The notes under the pieces are model-generated. The model did no database searches. It was not told the origin of the DNA and saw only the letters and a program-made list of their open reading frames with translations. 64,000 nucleotides of DNA from Anthoceros angustus. Taxonomy: Eukaryota; Plantae; Anthocerotophyta. Positions within the stretch are counted from its first letter, which is position 1. The number at the start of each line of letters is the position of its first letter. A program made the translations under genes and the position numbers. Of this stretch, positions 35,310-50,400 are shown in pieces. The stretch spans positions 620,001 to 684,000 of the forward strand of contig VJWM01000044.1 in assembly GCA_010909165.1 (NCBI GenBank), in the 5' to 3' direction.

Positions 35310-37220
35310 TGATAATAAGCCTTGAGCCTTGGAACCTAGAGAAATCCTTGCCCATGGCTCCGTGAGTCTCAATGGCAAGGAGGCAGGCATGGCCGTCCCC
35401 ATAGGAGAGTACTTGTGGACCCTAGTCGCATCCTCCGCCCGCCCAACGTGAAGGGTTAAGAATAACATGTTCGCAGACACTCTCCGGTGGGATCGGTTAC
35501 AACCACATCAAGAATCAAACCCGATCCCCGTCAAAAATAGTACGCCTTAAGCGAAACCCCATTGGAGCAAGGTGTAAGGCGCTCCTAAATGGAAGGAACC
35601 CGCCTTCCCTAGCAATAGAGAACATGACGCCCAGACGGTGTCATGTGTGTGATCGCCACCCGTGGGACAACGAGCCAAGTCGTCCCAGTCATCGAGGAGC
35701 CCCATGACTACAAGTAGAAAGAGAGCAAACGGTGGAAAAGGTTGCTGGTGCATGCGGAACGACTGAATACTAAGTTGAGCCAGAAGTCAGGAACCTGCCC
35801 CCTTCCCTGAGCATGAGCGGAGACGAGCCCGAGTGGGCCTAGGAATGGAGGAATCCCGGAGGAGGGCCAATTGCGCCTGCCCGTACTGTTTCTCCAGGAG
35901 GGACGCCTAGAGCCCAACCTCAGAAAGACTTCTTAATTAACCTAGAGAAGTCCTTGCCCATAGCCCTTTGGGTCTCGAGGGTGAGGGGGATGAAAATATG
36001 GCCGTCTTGCATGGGAGAGTACTTGTGAGTCTTGTTGGTTGTGCATCCTTTCGCCGTCCAGCTTGGAGGGTTAATGATGATGTGCTCGCATATGGAGTCC
36101 CTCGTAGGATCCATGATAACCACATCAGCGATGTAAATTTGCTCCCTCCTGCCATAAAAAAAGTCCACCCTGAGTGACACGCCATTACGCAATGTATATG
36201 GGCGCTCCCTGTATGGAAGAAATCCGCTCTCCTTAGGTATCGAAAACATGACGTCGTGAACAGCATCATGCGTATCAATACATTGCCCCCCCCATGGGAC
36301 AACGCACCAAATGGGACCCGGAGTCATCGATGGCGGCTCCATAACTGTACGTCGAAAGAGAAGAGGCCAGAGGATGAGCCAAACCGAGGCGGACCCTCGT
36401 CACGGTCGAAAAGGACGCTGGTACGATTCGGAACGCCCGAATGCAAGGTCGAGCCATAAGCCAGGAGCCTGCCTCTTTCCCCGAACAGGAACGCAGGAGG
36501 GCCCGCGAAGACCTGGGAATGGAGGAGTCCAAAAGAAGGGCCCTTTGCGCCTGTAAATATTGCTTCTCATGGAGAGAGGCCTGAAGGCCACGCATCCCTA
36601 AGGAAGAAGAAAAGGAAGCATGGCTTCCCGAGCCTCTGAGGAAAGGGAGTCCCTAGCCCGCCTCAGAGACACCTGAGGGGTAGGCCCCTCCTCATCGCTC
36701 GGACAGAGGCTTCCAAAAGAGAGGAGTCCCATTAAGAACCAAGAGGCCAAAATTGGGCAGAGGCCCAACTCCCGAGGAAGGTCCACGAGCCGAGGCCTCC
36801 ATGGCCGGGTGCCTCCAAAGGCTTCTGGCAATGATGCCTGTTTATGTGCCAAGTCACCGTCGGCGCATTCGAAGGTTTCGGGGCGTATGATGTCCCCAAG
36901 CGTCTACATAACTTGCCTATCAAAATTTCTCAAGCTTGATAAAAGGTTGGGGATGGAGAGCGGTAAGATCACAGTAAGATAACTTTGGTTGTGTAGAAGA
37001 CAAAATACCAACGCAATCAAGGTCCCCAATGTGAGTCACGCCTTTTTAGAGCATCCACAAACCCTTAAATAAAGTCAGGACCCAGTGAACTCCGAGGACC
37101 AAGCCCTTATGAAGAAATAATAACCCCGATAATGAAGAGGGTGTAACGCGAAAGGGACCACACCGCACTTATCGACCTTTGACCCTAACGCAAGGGAAGG
37201 TAAGCGGTCGACCACGACGC
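35310..37220 (-). mobile_element. CRE-like RLE non-LTR retrotransposon remnant (unit 2)
   Basis: ORFs 36598..36852, 36275..36595 and 35920..36342 carry QASLPEAFGG, RLGL..HLVRC and RLE motifs. Confidence 0.75.
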
Positions 37221-37674
37221 GACTAGCGAGGAATGAAATGAAAACTATCTTCATTGAGGAGATGGAATATATACAAAAGTAAGAATGTTTGTTGTAACTG
37301 ATTATGAAACTACTAACATGTATTTAACCTATGCATAATTCACTATTATTTCCTTTACTCCCTCTTAGTTGAAATAATCAGCATAAAGGGCAATATGAGA
37401 AATAGGCAAAGTATGAATTAAGCTTTAAACCCTGAATCGGGTTCCTTATGAAGTCGGGTTTGAATGCAAGTACGACCAGTCTGGTCACATATGTTCCTCG
37501 TGCCTGCTATACTTATGCTCCTGTGACGCTCCAGCTGTAATTGCGGTCTAGTTTCTCTGATTAAAAACATGACGCCTCACCAATCCCACTTGGGATTGTG
37601 CACCTCCTCCTCTTGGCCCGGTTCGCAGTCATCCTCCGGGCATCCGCTCTTGGACTCCGTGCATTCACATCACG

Positions 37675-38268
37675 ATGGAGCTCTCACTAAGACGGCAACA
37701 AGGAGTTGAATGTATCCATTGTGGTAGGGAATGGATCCCGCCACCAAGTACTCCTACCGCCAGTGGACTCTCCATAGGATGATCTGCGAGCATCCAACTA
37801 CTGACATCGATGCACTCAAGACAGAAGAGGAGCAAGCTCAGAAGGATTGGGCGAAGGTCAGATTGAAGACAATGACTCTGCCGATTGAAAGTGCAACCTA
37901 TGATACACCTCCGGTGTATGCTTTGACAATGTGAATCGGGCAAACAGGAGATGCCCAAACATGAGTACCGTGAGGAAATGGAAAGGATATTCCCAGAAGA
38001 AAATGGGGAGCTGGATTACTATTACGCATACAGGATTACCTCTGAGTGTGCTCGACAGAAACTGAGCAAGGAGGAGCAGATGGTACTGTTACGTGCAACC
38101 AGTGTACCTTGTAAAAATGTAGATGCTCCCTCTGGAGGAGGAGCGCGTAAGAGGGTCAGATACGATGATCCAGATGAGGAAGGGCAAGCGCTTACCTGTA
38201 CGTTGGGCTTCATCCACCTTGCCCCTACCTCACTTATGTACTCATTTGTGCCTCTTATGAAGTTCTGA
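37675..38268 (+). CDS. Antisense extra ORF of copia A (unit 2; frameshifted)
   Basis: ORFs 37731..37934 and 37951..38268 match 5702-6290. Confidence 0.45.
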
Positions 38269-39432
38269 CCTTCTCTCTTGTATCTGCGACCGCTAGGAGA
38301 ATTAAAGAAGACCAAGAAACGAAAGTCTTGAAAGGAAAAATCAAAGAGAAGGGCTATCATATTAAATGATGAGGCATAGTGACTAGAGAAAAGCCTAATG
38401 TGCAGTGCCAGGCTTGTGTGATGATGCTATAAGCCTAAGACCTGCTGCTGTGGTGTGCTTAGCATGTAGAACTCTCGGTAGGGCCTTTGTTAGGAGGTCC
38501 GCTATATTGTCACCTGTAGGGATATAGTGTACCTCAACTTCATCTGCATCAGCAGCTTGACGAATAAAGTGATGAGTGATTTCAATGTGATTCGACCTTG
38601 CATGAAAAACAGGGTTCTTCGAAAGTGCAATAGCAGATTGGTTATCACACCACAATATCGTAGCCCCTGATGGCAGTTGCTAAATTCCTCTAAAAAAAAA
38701 GCGTATCCATATCACCTCTCTTGCAACCCGTGATAGGGCACCATATTCACGCCTCAAGTGGATGATACGCAGTTGGACAACTTCTTACTCGACCACGATA
38801 TCACGGACCCACCAAGTAGATTACAATGTCACGACAACACTTCTCCTACTATCCGGATCTCATTGTCGGCGTCGCGATGTATGAAGTAAGCATTAGTCCA
38901 CTACCCTGCTTAGTATATGTAAGTCCTAATCTGGGTGTCCCTTTAAGATATCTAAATATCCTTTTTACTGCTGTCCAATGGGCTTCCCCCGGATTCTCAA
39001 GGAATTGAGATACACTACTAACAGCCATTGATATGTCCAAACGTGTCCAGGCAGCAAGGTAAATAAGACTTCCAACTGCTTGCCTGTAAGGGCGAGTTGA
39101 CATGACATCTTTCTCTTCTTCCGTCGAGGGGCACTGCTCCTTCGAGAGCTTGTCACCTGTGGACATGGGAGTAGAACGCATGCATCGACCATATTAAAAC
39201 GCGTTGCAAAAGGGATGGGCAAAATGCTCGTGGATCTCTATGGTTTGTCATCCTCCGAAATGAAAAGCGCACACCAAGTGAGAAACGGGGGCATCGTCGG
39301 TCATGTCAAAGCGAGCGAGAACACTCTCTCCCCGTCATCGGTGTCGGTGAGGTACAAAAAAGAAAATTGTCATCAACATATCTTTATCGGGATAAGTACT
39401 TCTTCCCATAAGATATAAACGCTATTGTCTAC

Positions 39433-42400
39433 TGTGGACTACGGACTTCCCTTGGGGGTTAGGAAATAGGTAGGGTTTTGTTTTTGTAGGAGTGAAGGAT
39501 AAAATGAGGCGAAAAAGGAAATAAGACCGGATAGCACTCCGGACGGCACTGGCAACTCCGGACTCGGTGAGGAACGTCGGACCTACTATGCGGGCGCCCA
39601 GGTAGCAGGATAAGTCCGGACCCACTCCAGGACCAGAGAGCGGGGATAATGCAGAAGTAACTTAGAAGTTGAGCCGTCGGACCGGGCGCCCAGACGACCA
39701 CAGGTGGAGGCAGATGCACCGGTGGCAGACCGTAACCTTGCTGAGGGCCGTTATAGCAGTATTCACGCCGGGCTGCCGCGGACGTAGCAGCTGGCGGCGT
39801 AAGGCCGGGGAAAGCGGGCGTAAGGTCGGTCAGCCATGCGGACCTCTGCGCGATTGACGGGAAGAGGCGCCCTCACGTGCCGTTACTCCCGGGCGTACGA
39901 AGGGGAAGGTCATTCAGCGACCCCTAGACATTCGCGATCTCTTGCGCGATCCGGCTCTACGCGGTATCTCGTTGAGCCCAGGGCGCTCGCTGCAGCTCAC
40001 ACCGTTGAGGTTGGAGCGCTTGGCGAAGGCGCAGCGTGCCGCCGTCTCCGACAAGCTACGGCAACGGCGGGAGGAGGACGAGAGGGATTGAGACTCCATA
40101 CGCCCTGGAGCGGACCCCCTCACCACCCGAAGTATGGGAAGAAATTCCCCGCTTCCCTCCTCACAGGTACTAGGAGCGGCCCGATCCAAGCGGCCGGCCC
40201 GGCCGCCACGGCCACAACCACGGTAGCCCCGGACCGGGAGGGAGCCGAAGGCGCAAGACCACGGCTACCAGCGGCACCTCGGTGAGTGCAGTACCTTACC
40301 CACCTTGCAGGTGGAAGCGGAGGAAGCGAGGAGGCGAGAGGCCCGCGAGGCGAGAGGACCGGCACCGGAGCAGTCTGCCCGGCAGGAAGGGCAAAAGGCT
40401 TGCTCCGGACTCCCTCACCTCCTCAAGGCCCAGGAAAAGGAGGCGGAGAAGGAGCTCGCGGCCAAAAGGGCCAAGGAGGGTGAAGCTCGGGGCTCGGCCT
40501 CGGGACCTAAGGGTCTGATTAGGTCCGGGAACCCGGTCAGGACTTACTCGGACGGTATGGAGGTCCTTGGCGGACCGTGAAATGCGCTCACTCTACGGAC
40601 TTTGTGGGAGCCTCACCGGTAGTGGAAGAAACACGGTCGGCTACCGTCATGGGCGGTATGCTTTAGTCTGGGATGGCCGAGAAGACCCGGGAGGTAGAAG
40701 CCACCGGGCGCATGGTACTCCTCCGGGAGGCGGTTGGAGGGGCCGGGAGGCGAAGGAAGGCGAAGCTCTCGGCCGGATTGAGGGAAGGAGGAGGAGGAGG
40801 TCTGGTCCATCCGCAGGGGCCGGACTAAATTCCTTCAGTGGAGGCGGTGAGAGGGAGGAGGAGGCGAGGACCTCTGCGAGGCGGAGGGGGTGGAGGCGGA
40901 GGAGGAGGCCGGGCGCAAGGCGGGGCGCGGGACTGGCGGAGGCAGTGGACGAGCCAAGGTGGAGGCTCGGTGAAGGTGGCCAAGGAGGCGGAAGCCACGG
41001 GATCGCGATCACTATCAGTGGTCGGGCGGTGGAGGAGGCGGTGCGAGCCAGCCAATCGAAGGCGGCGGTGGCGGGGCGCGAGCGTCGTGGCTCTGGAGGC
41101 GGCACGAAATCGGGGACCTCGGGCGCAGTGCAGGAGGTAGAAGGGGGAGGCGAGGCTGGAGGGGCAGGACACCTTGGAGTTACAACTCCAAGGCAGCGTC
41201 GGACGACAAGGGTTCTCAATGAGAATCCGGGACTTGACGGGAGATAGGCGCCTCCGGCTGAAGATGGCGGAGGTGGCGGAGCAGACCAGCCGAGGCCAAA
41301 GTTCGCGACAAGGAGATGGAGGATCTCGGGACTCGGCTCCGGGAGGTGGAAGCGGCGGGGAGATGGAGGACCGCAAGGAGACTTTGGGCTGACTTCAAAC
41401 TATCATTGAGAGGAATGGTAGTCTGCGGGACATGGTCATGAGCAGCAGGAAATAAGCGGCTCCGGCTATCAAACTGGCGGGGAGGTGGAAGCGGCGGGGA
41501 GATGGGAAGGAGGAGGCGGGGCGTCGCCGAGATGGAGAAGGGCGGCGAAGCATGATCGCGTTGCCCGGCGTGCGGAGGCGGAGATGGCGGGTTAATGAGA
41601 ATGGACAAAAGCGGAAGGACAAAATTCTGGTCGGTGAGGAAGTCGGAAGGAGCAGCTGCTATGGCGGGCAAGGTGGCGGCGGAGCAGGCGGAGGAGTTGG
41701 GCGGGTGGAAGCGGCGGGGAGGCGGAGGAGGTGGCCGGCGGCCACAGCGACCTCGCGGCGGCCCGGCTCCGGCTATCAAACTGGCGGGGAGGTGGAGCAA
41801 CAAGCGGCAGGCTCGGCTCCGGAGCACCTATGGCGAAGGGAGTATCGGGTGCTCCGGGCGCACGTGGAAGAGGCAATCCAGCAAGTGGATTCGGACTTTG
41901 CCTATTACCACGGCGAGCTCCTGGCGGTAGAGGCCTCTCGGTATGACGGACCCTGGAAGGCTCGGAGGAAGAAGGGCAGGGGCGGCGGGGACCCTAGGGG
42001 CCTGTTTGGAGCAGCAGCGTGAGGAGAGAGCCCCAAGAGGCGGGCGCGGACCCCAAGGTAAGTTCACCACCACCCGCTCGGAGAAGGGGTGTGGGGCTGA
42101 AAGGGGTGCGGAGGGAGCCAACAACCAAGACAAGGGTCGGGGTAAGGAGGAGGACCTAGCGATCACGAGGTCCACAGGGAAGGGGGAGCTTGGGGACGGA
42201 CCCCGTGGTCGGACCACGAGGTCCGAACCCCGAGCGGCGGACCCGGCCGGTAGGACTCGAAATAAGCGGACCACAGGTTCGGACTCGAGTCGACGGACCT
42301 CGAGGTCGGGACTTGGCGATGAGGCCCCGACTTCTGGGGAGGAGGAGGAGGCCCCAGGAGGACCCATGGGAGGCCGGGGGAGGATGGCGTCGTGTGGCGG

Positions 42401-43238
42401 TCGTCGAACCGCCGTAATAACGGATTCGGGGAGGAGGGTCCGCCTCGCGGATCATCCGATTAGATGCGCCCATAGCGGGGACGGAGATTGGACCACCAAT
42501 CCCAAAGGCGGAACTCGGGACCTTCCAGCCCAGCGAAGGAGATAGGGGAGGAATAGGATGGTAGGCGGCCGATTAGGGCATCTTGGTGCCATCGGCTCGG
42601 AATAGGGGGTGTAATAAAGGCGGGCGTAGTATAAAGAAATTTGGGGCTGAGATAAATCATCTTTCTCTTGGTGTTGATGCAGCGTTCTTGCAGACCTTGT
42701 GTGTCTTCTTGCTAACGTGAGTCTGAGTCAGCGGCGAGCCGCTCGGAGGATTGATCAGTCTGGTGACGGACCTAACGTGTTGTGGTGTGTGCGGGGAAGG
42801 GTGGCGGGGACCCGTGCTGCGTCCGGGCCCGGCCGAGAGCGGCCGGGCGTGTGGCCGGAGGGACTCGGGAGGCGTCTGAGCCGGACGGAGAGGCCAGTAG
42901 AGCGGAGGAGGTCGAGGCTGTGTAACCAGCGTCTTTCCTTAAGGCGATAAGTGTAGTGTGAGTGGAGAGGAGCGGACGAGAGGTGTGAGGCAGCGTGGAG
43001 CGGAGCAGACTGACAGGTCCTTAAGCGTTTGGCCATACCGGGCACTGCGGTGTTTGTCGCGAGTAGTTAGGCGTGAACTAAGGAGTGTGTGCGTTGGGGG
43101 CCCGATGGGCGCAAAGTAAGGCGAGAATCGCACGAAAGCGGCGCAAGCGGAGCTGTCATTCCCTTGGGAGCGAACTCCTTCCTACAACGACACGGGATTG
43201 TGCGCGCCCGGCTGGCCGTCAGCAAAAGTCGCGCCACA
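39433..43238 (+). mobile_element. GC-rich TG...CA element (unit 2 copy, 3806 bp)
   Basis: TCTAC|TGTGGAC ... GCGCCACA|TCTAC (TSD 39428-39432, 43239-43243). Confidence 0.85.
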
Positions 43239-43827
43239 TCTACATCCAGACATGTAAACCCTAGCTCAATTAGCAGGGCATGGAAGGTTTCATTCCATGC
43301 TCTGCTCGACTATTTCAGACCATACAACGTTTTTAGCAGCTGACAAACCTTGTCGCGTATCTCACCGAAACCCTCCTACCGCACATATGTATCTCTTCTT
43401 CTAATGACCCATTCGATACCATAGCAAAAACGAGGCTAGGCGAGCTGATCTGATAGTTGGAATTAACAATAATCGAATAACAAAATGTTTAAATACTATC
43501 GATGTGTCTATTGACGAGACAACCCCTAAATCCATATAACCTAAATATGATTAAGCATGCGTTAGGTTTAACTTCTACGCTAACGTGAGCACCAATCGGA
43601 TGATCCATGCGACCCGGGAGGCTCTTCCCCTCTAGTGCAGCCATTGCGCCACTAGAGGTGGGCCCGACAAGCTGCGGTGACCACTAAGTCCTCCTCCTCA
43701 CATCCTTTGGCCCGGGGCTGGTGGGTCTCGCCTGCTGGTCCGTGGAGCCGTTCTTCCTGCTGGTTGAGGCGGCCCCAACCACCCCTACCTCCACTCCCAG
43801 GGTTAGAACTATTGGACTCGTTTCCCC

Positions 43828-44000
43828 CTCCTGAGTTCGGACCTCGGGGTCCGTCCTCTCCTCCTGAGTCCGGACCTTGGGGTCCGTCCTCTCCTCCTGA
43901 GTCCGGACCTTGGGGTCCGTCCTCTCCTCCTGAGTCCGGACCTCAGGGTCCTGTCCTCCTGAGTCCGGACCTAAGGGTCCGTCCTCTCCGGCCTCCAGAC
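43828..44000. repeat. ~33-bp minisatellite (GGGTCCGTCCTCTCCTCCTGAGTCCGGACCTTG) x4-5
   Basis: Directly visible. A degraded version lies at ~11890-12065. Confidence 0.8.
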
Positions 44001-44462
44001 ATCCAAGTCCAGAGCCTCCCCCAAGGGTCCGACTTCCCCGTCCGGACCCACCCTTCCTTCGTTCCCTTGCCTCATCCCCTCCTGCGCTAGGTCCCCTAGC
44101 CGCGCCTCCGAGGCTTCCGCTCCTATGTTCCCCTCCGGAGCCTTCTCTTCCCCTCCCGACGTTGGGTGCCTCTACCTCCGGTCTTGTTGTCTCAGTCGTC
44201 TCACCTCCTCACCTTCCTCCTGGGCCTCCCGCTCACTCTCGTCACCAACAGGCTCCCAGTTCCACTGGGCGCTTTTCCCTAGGCCCTCGTCTCTCCAGGC
44301 CCCCTCCGACTCCTCTGGCGGTCCTTCGATCTCAGCAGTGTGCTGTGCTACCCCGTGTGCCTTCAGGAGCTCCGCGTGATAATACGTGAAGTCGGAGTCG
44401 ACTAGTTGGATGGCCTCCTCCACATGAGCGCGAAGCACTCAATACTCCCGCCTCCAGAGATT

Positions 44463-47400
44463 TATTGAAGATAGGGTGTTGAGTTATTACTTAGAGTTTT
44501 AATATATCTAGTTATATAGTATGTGTATATATATAGCTTTATTTAAATAGCTTACCCTTTCATTAGGGGTTGCATCCCTAGGCCAAAGGTCATGTCTCTT
44601 GGCTACTAGAATAAGTCTAGTTGCTACAATTAATACTCACTTATGTCTTTATGCACATATATACAATAATGTAATTGATAAATACTCAATTGGTTTGCAC
44701 CATTATCCATATTTCATGGTATCGAGCAATGCTAGGTGCATTGCATTCACAAGAATGCACATTAAATTGTGCACATATAGATGTGCATAAAATGTTCTTT
44801 GTGTTTGTTTCTTTATTAGAAAACAATTTCTAATAGAAATCAAGAAAATGTTTGAGAAACCTTTTGTAGTTATTTTGCTTGATTTGTTAATAGAAATTTT
44901 GCATTTCTAGGAGCCCGTTCTAAGCGCATCTATTGCAGTTGTTGCAAAGCAATCATCATCGCACGCTAGAGCAGTACCAGTGGCAAATATCTTTATAAAA
45001 TCATATAGAATTACAAAATGTTTCTTGGAATTTCTAAAATACAAATTTTGGCCAAATGAATGGCGATCCTCGGGACAGGCGGTCACGGCTGGATGGCACA
45101 ATCGCCAAATACAACATAGTGAGCGCGGAGAAGAACTGCGATCTTCACCATCGTGCTTCCGAGGACTCCTCAAAATCTCCCAAATGTGCAACTATTGTTG
45201 GTAGCAATCTTGGGTTTCCTAACCACAAGCGTAGCACACGACATATCACATTTAAGTTCTAGACTAGAATCCTGACGACATGTAGGGCGGTTTGAAAACA
45301 TAAGTCGAAAAATTGCTGCTTTCGAGGACTTACAATCATTCTTTGGATCAGTTGGTCACTTGGATTTCAAATTGCTTGCTTTGTTGAGCACTGCTCTTCT
45401 TGCTAACCACCAATCGGAGGATGACATAAGCATGCTACAAAACTAACAAGCATCATAAATTTGAGCATCCAAACTCGTGTCCATCATGCATGACCTATTC
45501 CTTTAATCGTTGGGAGATTAGGAAACATAACATAAAGGAAAAGGTAGATAGGAGATGGTCAATTTGCAGGTGACCAGCGTCTGAACCCATCTTAGCAGGC
45601 TGCGGTTGCAGCCCTTGATGCACTTGTAGCATCATAGCTCTTCTCTGAATCCTCACACATTGGCACCGCAGGTCATACAGTGCATTAGTAATTCATCCAT
45701 AAAATCCTCCGTGAGGAGGGAGATGTCCCAAACATGGGTGACTCTAATCTAGGCGGGAGGGATTCAAAGGAAAAGGATAGATTCGGAGCGATTATGACAT
45801 CAGGGTCCTTAGGATGCGAGCACTTCAAAATAGCGATTGTGGCCTTGGGTAAATGGAACATCAAAGTCCACATGATCATTGGTACCCCTTGATCGGTGAG
45901 AAGGCACTGATGCTTGGAATACAAAGGATGAAGGCGCAGTTCCTCCTCGGAGTGGTCATCGGCCCGACATGTTGAGACGGACTCAGTTTGCAAACCTCGG
46001 CCGATATGTTGGGCCGGCTCCAAAGTCTATTCTTTGGAGCAGATGACACAAGTCAAATGGCCCTTCGCAACATACAAAACTTGAAGATGAAAGAAGGAGA
46101 ATCCATTGAAAACACTTGACTACCTTTAGATCTCTAGTCTCCAAGTTTGAAAGTCTTTTAGGGAGTGTGAAGGATCGGGGCTCTCATCCTTCATTTCGAT
46201 GTCACTCCAGTCTTGGTCACATTTGTGACCTCATTCAACACCTCGCAACTACAAGGCGGAAAATTGCCAGCGGTGTTGATCTCCCAAAACAACATTTGCG
46301 AATTAGTGGGAGCTCTTCTTGGGAAGAAGTAACAAGAGGACAATTCAAGCGTTAGTGTGACAAGCTTTGTACACCAACAACAAAGGCAAGAAGCCCAACT
46401 TGAGAGGTAGACAAAATACCTCGGTGCTAGTAGCTCGAGAGCTTCTACCAAGCCCAAGAAGGCTGGAAAATGTGCGTGCCAAATTCCGAGGCCATTGGGA
46501 GGAGTGTCGAAAGAAGCGATACCTGCAAGGAGGGCAACTCCTCCTTCGAGACACATGTTGTGGTGACCAAACAAGGCTCGGCTTCAGCCCTCACTGTAGG
46601 GACCAGGGAGTTTTCTTCTCACCCTCTTGCTAACCCCACATGCTTGTTTGCAAATACTCAAGGCAAACCCATACGAGAGTGGTTCCTTGATACAGTGCAA
46701 CAATGCATGTCTTTAGTTCATTAAATCACATCTGAGTTAGTTCAAAATGATTTGTTTACCTAGGTGGCGATAGCGAGGCTTGTGACAGTGTTGCACGATC
46801 AAGCTACATCCCTTCGAGCATCACGCTCTTGCTTACAGACGTGTATCATGTGCCTGAAATGACCAGAAACTTGATTTCTGTTAGGAGGTTGAATATGGAT
46901 AATCATAGTTACATCCTCTTCACTCCGACAGAATGTAGGATTTTAGATGCTTTTGATCATCGTAAAATCCTAGCCTATGGATCATCAGACCATGATCATT
47001 TAGGCGCACACTCATCGATCACGCCAACGCCGACCTAGATTCAAAGTACTTTGAGATAGGCCAAGCGGAAGCAGCTAGGTTATGGCACGCTTAAGTCACC
47101 CTCAGTAGCAAAGTTGCAAAAACTAGGCTAGTGACCTATATTGGCGGCAAGTGGGAGCTACTCCCTGTGAGGACTTTGATCTTTCACACGGCGTCACTGT
47201 TTTGATGATTACGCTCTTGAGGAGATTGCTCTGCGGGAAGAACAGAACACGATGATCGGAGGAACAGCGGATGAAGCTGAAAATTTCTTTGAAAACTTGC
47301 GGCAACCTCCTCGAACGAACCCGGTGACCTTTTACGAACGATCCACGGACCCCGATCCAGACATTGATGAGAATCATGCTGAGGATCACGCAGAGGGTGA

Positions 47401-50400
47401 ACATGAGTTTTTACCCCTACATCCTGAAGACCCACCACAACTTGAGCGCCGTTATCCTGCAAGAGAAAGACGGGCACCAGATTATTACCAGTCACAGGAC
47501 TTTAGAAAACCAACAGCTAATGCAGCTACTTCCCTGGATTCTATCGAACCTCAATCCTATGAAGAAGCTCTTAGCCGTCCTGATGCTGCAGAGTGGAAAA
47601 AGGCAATTCAATTAGAATATGATTCGCTGATCAAGAATGGAACTTGGGAACTAGCCAAGTTACCTCCACATCGCAGTGGTGTCTTGTAAGTGGGTTTTCA
47701 AAGAAGGTAAAGGCTGATGGAACTTTTATACAAAGCACGACTGTAGCTTGTGGCTTCCAAGTGCAGCTGATTACTTCAAACATATGCTCCTGTGATGAAG
47801 TGGCCACTTTTCTGCATGCGGCCTGGCGGACATCAAGACTATGAGTTAGATATGTTCGATGTAAAGCGACTTTTCTACATGGCGAGTTGGACAGAGATCT
47901 ATGTCACGACTGCGAGGATCACAGTAAAGGGCAAGGAAGATCATGTCTTACCTTATAAAACCCTCTATGGCTGACGAGATTAGAGTGGAATGATGTCTGA
48001 CGAAGCTGCGTGCACTTGGATTTGTGAAATGTGTTTGAATGACTGTCGTCTGGTCTGGTGATGTTGTGTGCTATCTCGCAGTATACGTTGATGATCTGAT
48101 TCTATCTTGCAATAGCCCCACATTCATCACCAAAGTTAACAAGCTGCTATCTACCAAGTTTGAACCCTACTAGAAATGGCAGCCCATGTTACAGTCATTG
48201 TTGCAATTTTATGTTACACTTTCAAATTGCAACAAGCTATATAGGCTTGGTATTAAGTTTGACACTATTCCCTTCTCATTTTGTCACCATCTTAACACGA
48301 ACCTGACTCTCTTCCTCATCACCTCACCCTCCTAAGTACACCCTCTCTCTCACAAGCATTGTTTATGATTTCAAACATATACTATGCAAACACTTATATT
48401 CGGTCCTTTGTTACAATTTCATGTAACACTTTCCATTTGGAACACTCATTAAGTTAGTTGGCTTGGTGTTAAGTTTGTGATACTCTTCTCCACCTTCTCT
48501 CACCATCTTAACAACATGCAAGTGGTCATTGACCTTACACCTCACCATTAAGAGCTTAGCATTAAGTTTGTTGGCTTGGTGTTAAGTTTGTGATTTTCTT
48601 CTCCACCTTCTCTCACCATCTTAACAACGCCTTTGGTCTCTCCTTTCACCTCACACTCCTAGTTAATGCTCGATGACACCCATTTTATAATTTTTCCCTC
48701 TTTGTGTTGCAACATGTGTTCCCCTCTCACGCTACTATTTTATTCTTCCCTCTTGCTTTTCCTACATGATGACAACCAAGAACTCTATCTCTCTCCCGTG
48801 TTGTCATTCTCTTTCCATTTTGCCTCCTTTGCATAGCTGCATTTATAATCTACCTTCCCTCTTCAATGCACCCTTGTGTCCACATCTGGTTTTGTTTTAA
48901 GCTCCACATACACAATTGAAAACTCTTGTTTTACGATTATGTATAGTAGGATTCTAGATTATTTATATGTCTATCTATATATATGGTTTGGGCCACTTGT
49001 TGTGTATATTCCTATATATGATTGAAATACGTATTTATGTATGTATATATATGTATTTATACTTGTATATACTTGTAACCTAAACATAATATTATTTACC
49101 TATGTCTAAGTTCGTCAGGCGAGGCTCACTCTCGTTCGGAGGCAAGGAGGAGGGGGAGAGGAGGAGGAGGAGAGGAGGAAGGGAGGGAGGGAGGAAAAGG
49201 GGAGAGGGATCCGAGGTAGAGGAGGAGGAGGAGGAGGAGGGAGGAGGAGGGAGGAAGGAGGAGGAGGGAAGCGAAGGAGGAGGGGAGATTATAAGGAGGA
49301 GGTGGAAGATGGAAAGAAGAGGAGCAAGAGGAGGGGAGAAGGAGGAAGAGGAGGGGAGATGGGAAGGAGGAGGAGGGAGAGGGAAAGGAAGAGGAGGAGG
49401 CCCGTTCCATGCCGTGATTTCCGTCTCAAATTTTCAGATGCGTAACTAGTGTGACACGCGTTGGTGAAGGGATGGTGGCGGGCGGGATCACGTGTACACC
49501 GCGGATCTTGTACTTGCGAGCATTGCAAGGTCGTGCCAAGACTTGTTCCAATCGTGATTTCCTCTCAAATTTTCATTGTTTTAACTAGCTAGTGTGATTT
49601 GATGTTAGACAAGGCGATAGGCAAGGAGGAAAAGGGGAGAGGGATCCGAGGTAGAGGAGGAGGAGGAGGAGGAGGAGGAGGAGGAGGAGGAGGAGGAGGG
49701 AGGCGAGAGGGAAGGAGGAGGAGGGGGAAGCGAAAGGGCGGGAGGGGATTATAAGGAGGAGGAGGAAGATGGAAAGAAGAGGAGCAAGAGGAGGGGAGAG
49801 GGGAGGAGAGGAGGGGAGATGGGAAGGAGGAGGAGGAGGGAGAGGAAAAGGAAGAGGAGGAGGCCCATTCCATGCGTGATTTCCGTCTCAAATTTTCAGG
49901 TGATGCGTAACTAGTGTGACACGCGTTGGTGAAGGGATGGTGGCGGGCGGGATCACGTACTGACCGCAGCGGATCTTGTACTTGCAGAGCATTGCAAGGT
50001 CGCCAAGACTGTTCCAATCGTGATTTCCTCTCAAATTTTCAAGGTAACTAGCTAGTGTGATTTGATGTTAGACAAGGCGATAGGCAAGGAGGAAAAGGGG
50101 AGAGGGATCCGAGGTAGAGGAGGAGGAGGAGGAGGAGGAGGAGGAGGCGAGGAAGGAGGAGGAGGAGGAAGGAGAGGAGGGGAGATTATAAGGAGGAGGG
50201 AAGATGGAAAGAAGAGGAGCAAGAGGAGGGAGGAGAGGGAGGAAGAGGAGGGGAGATGGGAAGGAGGAGGAGGGGAGAGGGAAAGGAAGAGGAGGAGGCC
50301 CGTTCCATGCGTGATTTCAAGTAAAGACCCGTTCCATGCGTGATTTCCGTCTCAAATTTTCATGCGTAACTAGTGACACGCGTTGGTGAAGGGATGGTGG

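Larger units (their letters stand above)
37225..43413 (-). mobile_element. Copia family A (unit 2), split by insertion 39433-43238
   Basis: RNase H ORF 38395..38655, RT 38849..39181 and 43244-43413. PPT/LTR boundary at 37357. Confidence 0.85.

Noticed and set aside
41455-41800. Repeated GGCTCCGGCTATCAAACTGGCGGGGAGGTGGA in the unit 2 element
   Set aside because: Not repeated in the unit 1 copy. Most likely a consensus or polishing artefact.
43677-44090. Pro/Ser/Gly repeat protein (GPSSPPESGPW)n
   Set aside because: Translation of a 33-bp minisatellite on the strand opposite the element's conserved ORF, and not open in unit 1.
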